Source: Macrostomum hystrix (lineage: Eukaryota; Animalia; Platyhelminthes). Taken from it: a stretch of 64,000 nucleotides of DNA. The notes beneath the pieces are model-generated. The model was not told where the DNA came from. It did no database searches and was given only the letters and a program-made list of their open reading frames with translations. The stretch spans positions 32,736,001-32,800,000 of the forward strand of contig CATNEN010000038.1 of the NCBI GenBank assembly GCA_950097015.1, read 5' to 3'. Shown piece by piece: positions 37,301 to 52,400 of this stretch (within the stretch, counting starts at the first letter, position 1; each line of letters begins with the position of its first letter). A program made the translations under genes and the position numbers.

Positions 37301-40300
37301 CCTAGTGATTGTTGACGCTTCAACTCCGTTGAAATCTCTGAGCCGCGTCCGGGACGTCCAGGGCGACATTAGCGCCGCCGAGAATGACGACTCGGAGAAG
37401 ACGTCAGAAAGTATGCGCAGATTTATTGAAGTATCCTCATCTGAGATGCCTTCTGCCCATAGTGACAGCGTAAGCGGCGGTGGCAGCGCTTTTCGGCGTC
37501 ACGAGAGACAGCAGGCTCAGCTGGCTGGGGTGAGAAACTTTTCTGGGCAATTAGATTTTGCAGAGTTTTTAGGTCAAATATTTCAGAGGGTGCATTCAAA
37601 GTGACAAAGCCGACGGGGAATCAATTCGCCCTTTCCGCTGATTCGAGTGTACATCTGCACTGATTTACCGATTGTCAGGCAGTGTAAACTTTCACTGTGC
37701 CTTGGAGGTTGGCCCTCAAGGACGTAAATTGCACGACAAGCCCCCCAAGTCTTCTCTCCGCGGCTGCGCCCCAAATGAATTTGGCCTCGCCATGAAATCT
37801 AACTGAGGGACCTTGTTGCGAGAGTTAAACGCGTTAGACCGCTCTGCCACTCAGCCTCGGCATTTGTCCCTATTAGGAATGGAGTTATTATGATTGGGAA
37901 TTCAGTGGTAGACATTTGTTATTTGTTTTCTATTTGCTAAATCATTTGCTAAGGTAGTTTAAAATCCTTGCAATGTTATCCCCCATCAAAATCAGCATCA
38001 GAGAAGGCGTCAGCAGCTTGCCAGAACGCCTCCACCGCCAAACATCACGATAGTGGCACCGCCCGGTGTCCCGGCTGGAACTGGGGCTGCTGGCAGCGGA
38101 GCCGGGTTCGCCAGGTCGCGTGCCGCCGGTCGTCTGGCTAGACTGGCTCAGTCAGCTGGACCAGCAGGTAGCCGCGGCGCAGCAGCAAAAGGTGGTGAGT
38201 GGAATCACGCAGTCAAAGGTTTTGTGTTCTCACTACTATACTGACAGTAGCGCGCTAAAAATGTAAGCATCGAAAAATATTCTGCTTAATTGGCCTGACT
38301 AAGGTGCACAAGCAAAACACAATAATTTTCTAGATCAGTTAATTAGAAACTTCAAGTTAATCACACGAGCAGGTAAACTAACTGTTTTGAGTACCGCTGC
38401 ATTTATAAGAAATTGCGATAAATTTAGCCAATTGTTCGCACTACAATTTTTGCTAAACTTTTTGTAATGTCTGTAATGCTCTACTTACAATGGAGCACTT
38501 TGAGTACTTAGAGTACTTTGCTTACAGAGCGTTAGTTAGGTAAAAATGATTCGGGTATCTATACTTAGTCTGAAAACGGCCCTATTTACGAGCGTAGGTC
38601 CACTACAAATTGAGTATTACTAAGAATTAATAACACATGCCCGGCTTTTTGGCTTCTCCTGTCCGCTGTAGTCGTTCGCCTGCGAGGCCTTCTACCGCCG
38701 GTGCTGCCCGCCGTTCGTCATCATCGGCATCATCAAAGCGCAGCGCATAGGCACTCGCCGGCATTCAGTCGTCGACTGCTGTCCGTTCTGCCACCGTTAG
38801 CCGCCGCTGTGGCCGTTGCTGACGCCGCCGCCGCAGCCGCGGCTGCCACCGCTGGCTCCTCGGTGTCCTTGCGTCAAAATCGGCGCCTCCGCTCTCGTCG
38901 ATTGTTTCGTTTAGGTGTGGTCTTATTATTATTTATAAGTATCTGCTTCATTTATTATATCGTTTGGTGACTTTCTCATCGTCATGTAGTGTACACTCTC
39001 ACTGTGCCTTGGAGGTTGGCCCTCAAGGGCGTAAATTGCACAACAAGCCCCCAAGCCTTCTCTCCGCGGCTGCGCCCTAAAAGGAATTCATTTTACTTTT
39101 ACAAGGATGCAAAAAGGCTGGCCAATCTGAGCAGCTCTCAGCCCAAAGGGGTCAGCAGCAGCAGCAGCAGCCGCGGCGGTGGCAGCGGGGACTGCACGGG
39201 AGTTCACAGAAGTCGCCAACAAAGCAGCGTCGGCCGCATCCAATCCGTCAAGACGCCGACATTCTTGAAGAGGTCGAATACGACGAGATGGACGACGAAG
39301 ACGAAGAGCTAGAAGAAGAAGAAGACGATGAGGAGCAGGTGGAGGAAGAGGCGGTGGAGGATGCTGACAGTAGCGGCAGCGGGGCGGTTCGAGGCGCCGG
39401 GGTCGGTGTCAGTGTGCATTCTTTCTCTGGATCTAGTTCTACTTCGTCGTCATCGTCTGGCGGCAGATTGTCGGATAAGAATATGGCCGATTTTGAGGTT
39501 TGATTGGGATCTAACCTCTGAGGTTAGGGGACTATTGTGGTCAGTTGGGGATCAGTACTAGGGGACTATTGTGGTCAGTTTGGAATCAGTACTAGGGCAC
39601 TATTGTGGTCATTTGGGGATCAGTATTAGGGGATTATTGTAGTAAGTTAGGGATCAGTATTAGGGGATAAATTTGGTAAGTTAGGGATCAGTATTAGGGG
39701 ATAAATTTGGTTAAGTTAGGGATCAATATTAAGGGATTATTTTGGTAAGTTGGGGATCAGTACTAGGGGACTATTGTGGTCCGTTAGGGATCAGTATTAG
39801 GGGATTATTGTGGTCAGTTGGGGATCAGTATTAGGGGATTATTGTGGTCAGTTAGGGATCAGTATTACGCAGCTTTCTCAAGCAGCAAAGCATTTTTTGC
39901 AGGACGAAGAGGAAGAGGAAGATGACGACGATGATAACGAGGAGGAAGAAGACGAAGACGAGGAGGACGATGAAGAGGAAATGGAAGAAGAGGAGGAATT
40001 GGCCGCAGCCACAGCGTCAGCCGCCGCCGCCGCCTTGGCAAAAGTCGGCATCCCCAGCCGGCAGCATCGACGCTACGCCTCGGCTCATGATGGCGGCGGT
40101 GTGCCGCCTCATCACCGCCACACTGTGCATCATCATCAGCATCATCAGCATCACCAGCTGGCTCATCTGCACCAGCAGCAGCAGCAGCAGCAGCATCACA
40201 AACAGCTGGAAATTCTGTCCGATAGATTAAATCGAGTTGCTGAGCCTGGGCATTGCCTACTGTGGGATCTCTGCCGGGACTCCGAGGCCGCCGCACGCCT

Positions 40301-43300
40301 AGCCGAGGAGCACCTGCTGGACGAAGCCCAGCGGCTTCTGTTCTGCCTGCTGTGCGGTGCCGATGGCCGAATTCGGCATCGATTTGTGTCAGCCGCCGTG
40401 GCTAGCCTAGCCGAGCATCGGGCGCCGCTGGTCTGCGTTCGACTGCTGGCTAAACTGTTCAGGTCCTTCGGCGCCCAGGCCAAGGAGATGCTGCGCTGGG
40501 CTGTGCAGGTGAACAAGACATGCCTGGCTAGCCTGGCTGCTTTTCTCTCTCCTGACATTTTCTCCCTGACACCCTCTCCCGTGACACCCACTCCCCGACA
40601 CCCTCTCCCTGACATCTCTCCCTGAAACCCTCTCCCCTGACACCCTCTCTCCTGACACCCACTCCCTGACACCCTCTCCCCTGACATCTCTCCCCTGACA
40701 TCTCTCCCCTGACATCTCTCCCCTGACACCCTCTCTCCTGACACCCTCTCCCCTTACACCCTCTTCCCTGACTCTCTGACTCCCTCTCTCTAGACAACCT
40801 CTCCCCTGACACCCTCTCCTGACTTCTCTCCCCTGACACCCTCTCCCCTGACACCCTCTCCCCTGACACCCTCTCCCCTGACACAAGGAAAAAAGTTAGC
40901 AAGGAAAAAAATTTTTAACCTAAGGATCTGCATCTAGCTGATGCCATATTCTCTGATCTGCTCTGGCTTCGGGGAATGTCATCGCCAAACAGCGTCGGCG
41001 GCGATGGCGGCGTGCCGCCTCTGTCGTCGACCCCGCCGCCGGCCCAGCAAGTGACGCCGGACGATATAATTGCTCGGCTAGATCTAATACTGTCTGTGGC
41101 GCAGGATCTGCCACTGAATGCCGATCAGGCCGACTGTCTGTGGCGCTGCCTGGTGGACGGACAGCCGGCTGTTTTGGCCGACGTTACACTGAAGTGGCTG
41201 TTTGATTTAGTCTGGAATGGCGGGCTTAGCGCTGAGGCGGCTGTTCGACTTGAACTGGATCGGTGAGTAATAATATCGTACTGTACTCATTGTGCTCATA
41301 GTGTCACCAGAATGCATGAAATCCCGAAAGTGCTCGTTGTGTGCTCATAGTGCTGATTGTGTGCTCATAGTGTTCATACTGTACTCACAGTGTTGATTGT
41401 GTGCTGATAGTGCTTAAAGTGCTCATTGTGTGCTCATTGTGCATATTGTATGCTCATTGTGCTCATTGTTCTCATTGTGCGTTAATTTGTGCTCATAGTG
41501 TGCTCAAAGTAATGATTGTGTGCTCATAGTGCTGATTGTATCTGCAGAACTTCATGAATTCCTTATACGTGCTGATTGTGCGCTCAGAAATTTAGTTTTG
41601 TTTTTTTAATCATATTTCTGTGTTATAAAATTCATTTATAAGCACTCGAGTTGCTTTTATCGTTCTTAAAAGCCACGCAGGTATTTTTTGCTTCTCATAG
41701 TTGTCACACTCATTGGAGCGTACTTGAAATAATTCCTTTCGAAATCCTCAATTTCGCCTTTCAGCTTGCCCAGCCTTGGCGCTCGCAGCCTGAGCCCAGC
41801 CGGCCTTCAGCTCTACCTATTTCTACGCCAGCGTCGCAGCGGCGGCAACTCATCCACGGCTGGCTCCGGCTCCGGCGAGAGCCAAGGCGAGGACGTCAAA
41901 GAAGGCCCCAGTAACAGCAGCGGCGATTTTCTGTGGGACGTAGCTTTGGCCGCTGACAATTCCGACGTGAGCATAACAGCCAGCGAGCACATCAGTAAGC
42001 ACCTGCTGCAGCGTCTGGCCAGAGACCACCTGGCTCCGGCATCGACTCCGACATCCGCTCACAATGCCGAGGAGCAGTTTGTCAAGCATTGCCTTCGCGT
42101 GGCCTCCCAGCAGTTGCTGACTGCCGAATCGTCGCCTGGCTCAGATGAGCCTCTACAACCTGGGCAGCTGCTGGCACTTCAGCGAGCCCTGGTGCTGCTG
42201 GCCAGCCATCTGAAAGAATTCGCCAGACATTGGACTTTTCATCTGTGCCTCATGCGTCTGCAGGGTCGCGGCCTGCCGCCGCATCGTAGGCTTCAACTGC
42301 AGCCTCCGGCGCTGCTGCACCAGCATCAACAGCAGCAGCATCCGTCGGTGTCGCTGATGTCTCCGAACCTGTCGGCTGGTTCCGTCTCCAGCGGCACAGC
42401 TTCCATCTCATTGAATATTACATCGCCTCCGCTGACTCCTCAGCAGCCGCCTGTACTGCAGGCCACTCCAGGCTTCAGAATCAAGCAGCTGAACCTGACG
42501 CTGCTGTCGCCGCAGAGGCAGCTGCGCAAGCTCATTGTCCTGACATCTGCCAGTCTGGTTGCTGAGCTGAGGGCCGAGTCTACTCAGTTCTTTATTGAGA
42601 CTGAAGACATGCGATTGCAGCAGCCAGTTAACTTTGCCTCCGAGGTGGAGACAGACCAGGAGCCGGGGGTGAGTTAGACGCTCTTTCCTGAAGGATCTAG
42701 GTCAGCTGAACCCTGTCATGTACTTTCCCTGTGGGATCTAGGTCAGCTGAACCCTGTCATGTACTTTCCCTGTGGGATCTAGGTCAGCTGAACCCTGTTG
42801 TGTACTTTCCATCAGGGATCAAGGTCAGCTGAACCCTGTTGTGTACTTTCCCCTGAGGGATCTAGGCCAGCTGAACCCTGTCGTATACTTTCCTGAGGGA
42901 TCTAGGCCAGCTGAACCCTGTCGTGTACTTTCCTGAGGGATCTAGGCCAGCTGAACCTGTCGTGTACTTTACTGAGGGATCTAGGCCAGCTGAACCCTGT
43001 CGTGTACTTTACTGAGGGATCTAGGCCAGCTGAACCCTGTCGTGTACTTTACTGAGGGATCTAGGCCAGCTGAACCCTGTCGTGTACTTTACTGAGGGAT
43101 CTAGGCCAGCTGAACCCTGTCGTGTACTTTACTGAGGGATCTAGCCAGTACCTCCCTACTTACAGCAGCCACCGCAGCAACTGCTACGCTACGTTCGCCT
43201 ATTCGCTCTTCGCCGCGGTGTGCTCACCCTCACAGAGCTCACCCTAGAGATGGATTTGAAAACTCTGCACGAGACAGGCTTGCAGGTGACTTGTCGTTAC

Positions 43301-46300
43301 TATCTGTCAAAGTAGCATACTTTCTCAAATATAATTCTTAACCCTTATGGATTATTAAATCCGCACCAAATTCCATCTCAACTGTCAAAAACCCTAATCT
43401 CAGCTGACAAATCCATATCTCAGCTGTCAAATCCATATCTCAGCTGTCAAATCCATATCTCAGCTGTTAAATCCATATCTCAGCTGTCAAATCCATATCT
43501 CAGCTGTCAAATCCATATCTCAGCTGTCAAATCCATATCTCAGCTGTCAAATCCATATCTCAGCTGTCAAATCCATATCTCAGCTGTCAAATCCATATCT
43601 CAAACGTCGAAAACGTCGAATCCCCATCTTAGCTGTCAAAACCCTAATCTCAACTGTCAAAAATCCTAATCACAACTGTCAAATCCATATCCTAACTGTC
43701 AAAAACCCTAATCTCAGCTGTTAAATCCATATCTCAACTGTCAAATCCGCATCTCTACTGTCCAATCCGCATCTCAAATGTCAAATCCCCATCTCAAATG
43801 TCAAATCCCCATCTTAAATGTCAAATCCCCACCTCAAATGTCAAATCCCCATCTCAAATGTCAAATCCGCATCTCAAATGTCAAATCCGCATCTCAAATG
43901 TCAAATCCCCATCTCAAATGTCAAATCCGCATCTCAAATATCAAATCCCCATCTCAAATGTCAAATCCCCATCTCAAATGTCAAATCCCAAGCTGTCAAA
44001 TCTCTCTTAACTAGTGTATTACCTTTCTAAAATAGTAAAACTTCATCTCACGTGTCGCATCTCCAATCCTACTCAAAATCGCCAACTTAGGACGGCTGCA
44101 CAGTACACGTGACTGCAATGTGCATTCGCCGCGAGTTGAACTTCGCCGACGGTCCAGTGTCTTCGGCTGTGCTACCGCCGCCGCGACCGGAGCTCAATCC
44201 CCTGCTAATCCTTAGCCGCGAGGAGAATTTTAATCAGCTTTGCAGCCTGCTGGGGCCGCTAGTTGCGGTTCGCAATCCGCCCGAGCTGGCTCTGAGAGCT
44301 CAGATTCTTTCCAGGCACCTGTGGGAGATCATCTGCCTGTTGCCAACCAACTCCAGGGTGGTTGACGGCGTGCGCCAACTGGCCGACACTCCTGGCGCCG
44401 ATTGGTCTGCCGTGCTGCCGGCTGCACAGCCGCCTCTGCTGCTCTATGGATTGCAGGTGCGGGCTGCTGGGTGCTGGATTGCTGGGGCGAGATCCCTACT
44501 AGTATGGTAGTCTGAGGTAGGGCGAGATCCCCACTAGTATGGTAGGCTGAGGTAGGGCGAGATCCCTACTAGTATGGTAGTCTGAGGTAGGGCGAGATCC
44601 CTACTAGTATGGTAGGCTGAGGTAGGGCGAGATCCCCACTAGTATGGTAGGCTGAGGTAGGGCGAGATCCCTACTAGTATGGTAGTCTGAGGTAGGGCGA
44701 GATCCCTACTAGTATGGTAGTCTGAGGTAGGGCGAGATCCCCACTAGTATGGTAGGCTGAGGTAGGGCGAGATCCCCACTAGTATGGTAGGCTGAGGTAG
44801 GGCGAGATCCCCACTAGTATGGTAGGCTGAGGTAGGGCGAGATCCCCACTAGTATGGTAGGCTGAGGTAGGGCGAGATCCCTACTAGTATGGTAGGCTGA
44901 GGTAGGGCGAGATCCCTACTAGTATGGTAGGCTGAGGTAGGGCGAGATCCCCACTAGTATGGTAGGCTGAGGTAGGGCGAGATCCCTACTAGTATGGTAG
45001 GCTGAGGTAGGGCGAGATCCCTACTAGTATGGTAGGCTGAGGTAGGCGAGAGATGGTAGGCTGAGGTAGGCGAGAGATGGTAGGCTGAGGTAGGCGAGAG
45101 ATGGTAGGTTGAGGTAGGCGAGAGATGGTAGGTTGAGGTAGGCGAGAGATGGTAGGTTGAGGTAGGCGAGAGATGGTAGGTTGAGGTAGGCGAGAGATGG
45201 TAGGCTGAGGTAGGCGAGAGATGGTAGGCTGAGGTAGGCGAGAGATGGTAGGTTGAGGTAGGCGAGAGATGGTAGGCTGAGGTAGGCGAGAGATGGTAGG
45301 TTGAGGTAGGCGAGAGATGGTAGGTTGAGGTAGGCGAGAGATGGTAGGCTGAGGTAGGCGAGAGATGGTAGGTTGAGGTAGGCGAGAGATGGTAGGTTGA
45401 GGTAGGCGAGAGATGGTAGGTTGAGGTAGGCGAGAGATGGTAGGTTGAGGTAGGCGAGAGATGGTAGGTTGAGGTAGGGCGAGAGATTGTAGGTTGAGGT
45501 AGGCGAGAGATGGTAGGTTGAGGTAGGGCGAGAGATTGTAGGTTGAGGTAGGGCGAGAGATGGTAGGTTGAGGTAGGCGAGAGATGGTAGGTTGAGGTAG
45601 GCGAGAGATGGTAGGTTGAGGTAGGGCGAGAGATGGTAGGTTGAGGTAGGCGAGAGATGGTAGGTTGAGGTAGGCGAGAGATGGTAGGTTGAGGTAGGCG
45701 AGAGATGGTAGGTTGAGGTAGGGCGAGAGATTGTAGGTTGAGGTAGGGCGAGAGATGGTAGGTTGAGGTAGGGCGAGAGATGTTAGGCTGAGGTAGGCGA
45801 GAGATGGTAGGTTGAGGTAGGCGAGAGATGGTAGGCTGAGGTAGGCGAGAGATGGTAGGCTAAGGTAGGCGAGAGATGGTAGGTTGAGGTAGGCGAGAGA
45901 TGGTAGGTTGAGGTAGGGCGAGAGATGTTAGGCTGAGGTAGGCGAGAGATGGTAGGTTGAGGTAGGCGAGAGATGGTAGGCTGAGGTAGGCGAGAGATGG
46001 TAGGCTGAGGTAGGCGAGAGATGGTAGGTTGAGGTAGGCGAGAGATGGTAGGTTGAGGTAGGCGAGAGATGGTAGGCTGAGGTAGGCGAGAGATGGTAGG
46101 CTGAGGTAGGCGAGAGATGGTAGGTTGAGGTAGGCGAGAGATGGTAGGCTGAGGTAGGCGAGAGATGGTAGGTTGAGGTAGGCGAGAGATGGTAGGTTGA
46201 GGTAGGCGAGAGATGGTAGGCTGAGGTAGGCGAGAGATGGTAGGTTGAGGTAGGCGAGAGATGGTAGGTTGAGGTAGGCGAGAGATGGTAGGTTGAGGTA

Positions 46301-49300
46301 GGCGAGAGATGGTAGGTTGAGGTAGGCGAGAGATGGTAGGTTGAGGTAGGGCGAGAGATTGTAGGTTGAGGTAGGCGAGAGATGGTAGGTTGAGGTAGGG
46401 CGAGAGATTGTAGGTTGAGGTAGGGCGAGAGATGGTAGGTTGAGGTAGGCGAGAGATGGTAGGTTGAGGTAGGCGAGAGATGGTAGGTTGAGGTAGGGCG
46501 AGAGATGGTAGGTTGAGGTAGGCGAGAGATGGTAGGTTGAGGTAGGCGAGAGATGGTAGGTTGAGGTAGGCGAGAGATGGTAGGTTGAGGTAGGGCGAGA
46601 GATTGTAGGTTGAGGTAGGGCGAGAGATGGTAGGTTGAGGTAGGGCGAGAGATGTTAGGCTGAGGTAGGCGAGAGATGGTAGGTTGAGGTAGGCGAGAGA
46701 TGGTAGGCTGAGGTAGGCGAGAGATGGTAGGCTAAGGTAGGCGAGAGATGGTAGGTTGAGGTAGGCGAGAGATGGTAGGTTGAGGTAGGGCGAGAGATGT
46801 TAGGCTGAGGTAGGCGAGAGATGGTAGGTTGAGGTAGGCGAGAGATGGTAGGCTGAGGTAGGCGAGAGATGGTAGGCTAAGGTAGGCGAGAGATGGTAGG
46901 CTGAGGTAGGCGAGAGATGGTAGGCTAAGGTAGGGCGGGGCGAGAGATGGAAGGTTGAGGTAGCCGAGAGATAGTTGGTTGAGGTAGGGCGAGAGTCAGT
47001 TGTTTGAGGTAGGGCGAGGCGAGAGATGGAAGGTTGAGGTAGGGCGAGAGATGGTTGGTTGACGTTTTGCGAGGCGAGCGATGGTAGGTTAAGGTAGGGC
47101 GAGAGATAGTTGGTTGACGTTTTGCGAGGCGAGCGATGGTAGGTTAAGGTAGGGCGAGAGATAGTTGGTTGACGTTTGGCGAGGCGAGCGATGGTAGGTT
47201 GAGGTAGGGCGAGAGATGGTTGGTTGACGTTTGGCGAGGCGAGCGAAGGTAGGTTAAGGTAGGGCGAGAGATAGTTGGTTGACGTTTGGCGAGGCGAGAG
47301 ATGGTAGGTTGAGGTAAGCAGAGGCCGAGAGATGAAAAGTGATTGTAAACTGTCAAACGCTTCTTAAGGCTAATGTATAACGCCGAGCATTAATAAACAA
47401 AAACACCTGCGCAGGTGGTGGACCTGCTCTGTCGTCAGTCTTTCTATCAGTCGCGAGCTGGCGTTGACGCCGACTCAGCCGCAGCCGCTGCTCAACGATT
47501 TCGGGATCAGTTCTGCGCCAATGGCGGCCTCAACTGGCTGCTGGAGCTGTTCGCTGGCAACCGCATCGACTGGATTAGCAGCGACAAGGGACTGCTCAGC
47601 GACTGGGGCGTCGAGTGCCTGGCGTTTCTCATTGAGGTGAGTGCTACACCTGTCTGTTTATGTGTCTGTTTCAAAGCATAAAATAATTTTCGGTAATTTT
47701 CCGCAGGTAATCTATCAATTCGTGGTGGACACTGACACGGCATCGGATGCTACCGCTGCTTCAACGGAGGAAGACATGGAAGTGATTACTGGCTTGCCAG
47801 AAGGCGGCCGCAGCAGTGGCGGCGGCGGACGTGGCAAACGATCTCGAAGGTAAGAATTTCTGAATGCGTTTTTTAGGAAAAATTTTCTATCTCGCTGAGA
47901 TAATAAGATATGATTAGAAACGGTTGAGTTGGGATTTCACTGATGGTATTAGAAACGGTTGGGATTTCACTGATGAGATTAGAAACGGTTGGGATTTCAC
48001 TGATAGTGTTAGAAATGGTTGGGGATTTCACTGATGGGATTAGAAACGGTTGGGATTTCACTGATGGAATTAGAAACGGTTGGGATTTCACTGATAGTAT
48101 TAGAAATGGTTGGGGATTTCACTGATGGGATTAGAAACGGTAGGGATTTCACTGATGGGATTAGAAACGGTTGGGAATTCACTGATGAGATTAGAAACGG
48201 TTGGGATTTTACTAATTGCTTTAAAAATTGGAATTTCACTGAGATACAGAAATCCCCAAAAATACCCTTAATTAAGGTCCCAGCAAGCAGCAGCCGCAGC
48301 TTCTGCAGTCAACAGCGACTCCTGTGGCCCTGATCCGGCCATGGCGACTTCATCTTCAACATCGTCGCCAACTTCGACATCCGTCGCCTTCCTGCCTTTG
48401 AAGCGCGGCCTCCTATTGCAAGCTTCATCAACGGTGTCTAGCGTAGACAATCTCGTCCGAACTCTCATGGACATCACGGCTAGAGCTGCCGCGGGCAGCC
48501 TGCTCACGCCTTTGAGTAGCGGTCGCGTTGGCCTTGTCCGCTGGTCCCTAACTTTTCTGTTATCCCTGTCCTTCAGCTGCCGTGACGAAGTGGAACCGGT
48601 TCTAACCGGTTCTGAGAACCTGTCGGGCTGGCTTCAGGCCACCGTGTTGGACAGCCTGGACGGTCAGGTTCGCCGCGAGGTGTCGCACAAGATTGTTCAG
48701 CTGTGCTCTCTGCGCAGCACCCGCGGAGTCAGTTGCAGACGCTTCGCCAGGCCAATGCTGGCCTGCCTGTTGCGATTCCTACCCAAAGCGGCCGCTATGA
48801 AACCTTCCGAACAGGGCGCGCGGGTCGGCGCTGGCGGCGCTGGCGGCGGGGTCGGCGGAAGCGGCGCTGGCGGTGCCGGAACCAGCGGCAGCGGTGGCGG
48901 CGGCGGCGGCGGCGGCTTTGCTCTCGGCGCTGGAATTAGCGGAATCGGCGCTGTGGACGCTAAGGTGCGTTTTATCTGTGTCTTCAGGTAGCTGTCTCAG
49001 TGTCATTCAGGTAGCTGTCTCTGTGTCCTTCAGGTAGCTGTCTCAGTGTCCTTCAGGTAGCTGTTCTGTGTCCTTCAGGTAGCTGTCTCAGTGTCCTTCA
49101 GGTAGCTGTTCTGTGTCCTTCAGGTAGCTGTCTCAGTGTCCTTCAGGTAGCTGTTCTGTGTCCTTCAGGTAGCTGTCTCAGTGTCCTTCAAGTGGCTGTC
49201 TTCATCCTTCAGGTGGCTGTTCTATGTCCTCAACCGGCTCTAATTAAATGTTACACTTTTTCATGTCTGTTCAGAAGATTAATATGTTGTCCATTGTCAG

Positions 49301-49400
49301 TAATTAGTAAATAATTTTTCAGCCCGACAAATACGATAATTTCGGACTGAACTGCACCGAGTATTTCAACTTGGTCACCCGCCTGCTCGACCTGCAACCT

Positions 49401-49439
<39 letters not shown>

Positions 49440-52400
49440 GTGCAGCTTCATTTAGCCGAAGTGACCAGCCAGGTGATGCAGCTATTGCGCAATCGAGAAT
49501 GCCTCGAGCGGCACAGGTGCGGCCAAGCCTTCCCTTCGCAACCGTCGCCGCCGTCGCCGCCTCCACCGGCGCCGCCTGCGGCGCAGCCGCCTCCGCCTCC
49601 GCTGTCGCCTGCAGCCAGCTGCAGCCAATTGCCGTCGACTTCGTCAGCGTCAACAGCAGCTACCGTCGCCATCCACGACGAAGACGAAGTCCTAATTGGC
49701 CTGCTTCGCCTGGCCCAGCACCTGTTGCAGCGTTGTCCCCAGTTGAAGGCATCGTCGGCGTCGTCAACAGCCGCCGTTGGCAGCGACTTCATGCGCGACA
49801 TTTTTGATTTCCTATTCGCCCTGCCCAGCGCTCAGCAGCGCCACCTGCCAAAGTGCAAATCACTCGCCGCCAGATCCAACGCCATCGACCTGCTAGTGGA
49901 ATTAGCCAAAGGTGGCAACGGCGAGAATTACCTGTCATTGGTTGATTGGCTCCAGCTGCAGCACACCCAGCACTGTCACGATCCCTATGGATGGGATTAC
50001 TGGCCATTGGACGAGGGCCGAGCCCCGTGCGGCTACGTTGGCCTGACAAACCTTGGCGCCACCTGCTACATGGCAACCTGTCTGCAGCACCTGTTCATGA
50101 TACCTCAGGCCAGGGAGGCCCTGCTTCAGGCCAGCAATCCGGTGAAACACCCGGAAATTCTGGCCGAATTAAAGAAATTATTCGCCTTCCTGCAGGAGAG
50201 CCAGCGGAGGGCCTTCAACCCGCGCGGCTTCTGCCGAGTCTATTCAATGAATAGGCAGACAATCAACACTGGCGAGCAGAAAGATATGACCGAGTTCTTC
50301 AACGACCTCATCGCCAAACTGGAGGAGATGACGCCTGACCTGAAGGTTGGATTCTAATATTCCCGAGAAATCAATCCTTCACTTCTTTTCCTAACTGAGT
50401 CTTTATTTCCCATCATTTCCCATCAACTGTAGACCACGGGGAATTTCAAATTCCCACTGCCTAATTCGCGACAGCTCCCAAATCGAATGAACGATTTTTC
50501 GTGAAAATCCATCATTTGGATCAACATTTTCTGCCCTTTGACATTACAATGAAGTAACGTTTAAAGCCATCCGACGACATCATCGTCGAGATATTCAGCA
50601 ATTCTTATCGAAGACTTGTCGAAAATTATGCCTGCATTGGTGCTTTTTGTCATCCCTTTACACTTAGATAATCCCTTTTCCCATGGATAATCCCATTTTC
50701 CCGTATATACTCCTTTTTCATATAGATAATCCCTATTTTCCCATAGATAATCCCTTCTCCCTTGGATAATCCTGTTTCCTATCGATAATCCCCATTTTCC
50801 TATAGATAATCCCTATTTTCCCGTAGATAATCCCTATTTTCCTAGAGATAATCCCTATTTTGCCATAGATAATCCCTTCTCCCTTGGATAATCCTGTTTC
50901 CTATCGATAATCCCCATTTTCCTATAGATAATCCCTATTTTCCCATAGATAATCCCTTCTCCCTTGGATAATCCTGTTTCCTATCGATAATCCCCATTTT
51001 CCTATAGATAATCCCTATTTTCCCATAGATAATCCCTATTTTCCTAGAGATAATCCCTATTTTGCCATAGATAATCCCTTCTCCCTTGGATAATCCTGTT
51101 TCCTATCGATAATCCCCATTTTCCTATAGATAATCCCTATTTTCCCGTAGATAATCCCTATTTTCCTAGAGATAATCCCTATTTTGCCATAGATAATCCC
51201 TTCTCCCTTGGATAATCCTGTTTCCTATCGATAATCCCCATTTTCCTATAGATAATCCCTATTTTCCCATAGATAATCCCTTCTCCCTTGGATAATCCTG
51301 TTTCCTATCGATAATCCCCATTTTCCTATAGATAATCCCTATTTTCCCGTAGATAATCCCTATTTTCCTAGAGATAATCCCTATTTTGCCATAGATAATC
51401 CCTTCTCCCTTGGATAATCCTGTTTCCTATCGATAATCCCCATTTTCCTATAGATAATCCCTATTTTCCCGTAGATAATCCCTTCTCCCTTGGATAATCC
51501 TGTTTCCTATCGATAATCCTCATTTTCCTATAGATAATCCCTATTTTCCCATAGATAATCCCTTCTCCCTTGGATAATCCTGTTTTCTATCGATAATCCC
51601 CATTTTCCTATAGATAATCCCTATTTTGCCATAGATAATCCCTTCTCCCTTGGATAATCCTGTTTCCTATCGATAATCCCCATTTTCCTATAGATAATCC
51701 CTATTTTGCCATAGATAATCCCTTCTCCCTTGGATATTCCTGTTTCCTATCGATAATCCCCATTTTCCTATAGATAATCCGTTCTCCCTTGGATAATCCC
51801 TTTTCCGATAGATTATCCCCATTTTCCTATAGATAATCCGTTCTCCCTTGGATAATCCCTTTCCGATAGATAATCCCCATTTTCCTATAGATAATCCCGT
51901 CTCCTTGGATAATCCCTTTCCGATAGATAATCCACATTGTCCTATAGATAATCCCTTCTCCCTTGAATAATCCCTGTTCCAGTGGATATTGCTTTTCCCA
52001 TAGATAATCATCATCTTCCATGGCTAATCTTTATTATCCAATCAACGCTACAGGCCGCAGTGAAGGATCTGTTCTGCGGAGTGCTAACCAACAGTGTTGT
52101 ATCTCAGGACTGCCCGCATATTCGTCACACCTTAGAAGAATTCTATTGCATTCGCTGCGAAGTGCAGGGCGTTAAAAATCTTTACCAATCCTTGGACAAG
52201 CTGTGCGTTACGGACCTATTGGAGGGCGAGAATATGTACCGCTGTTCCGGCTGCGACTGCAAGGTTAAAGCCGAGAAGAGAGTGATGTTCAAGAAGCTGC
52301 CAAAGATATTGTGCCTTAACACTATGCGCTACACGTTTGACATGCTAACGATGAGAGAGGAGAAAGTCAATTCTCACTTCAGCTTTCCTATGAAACTGGT

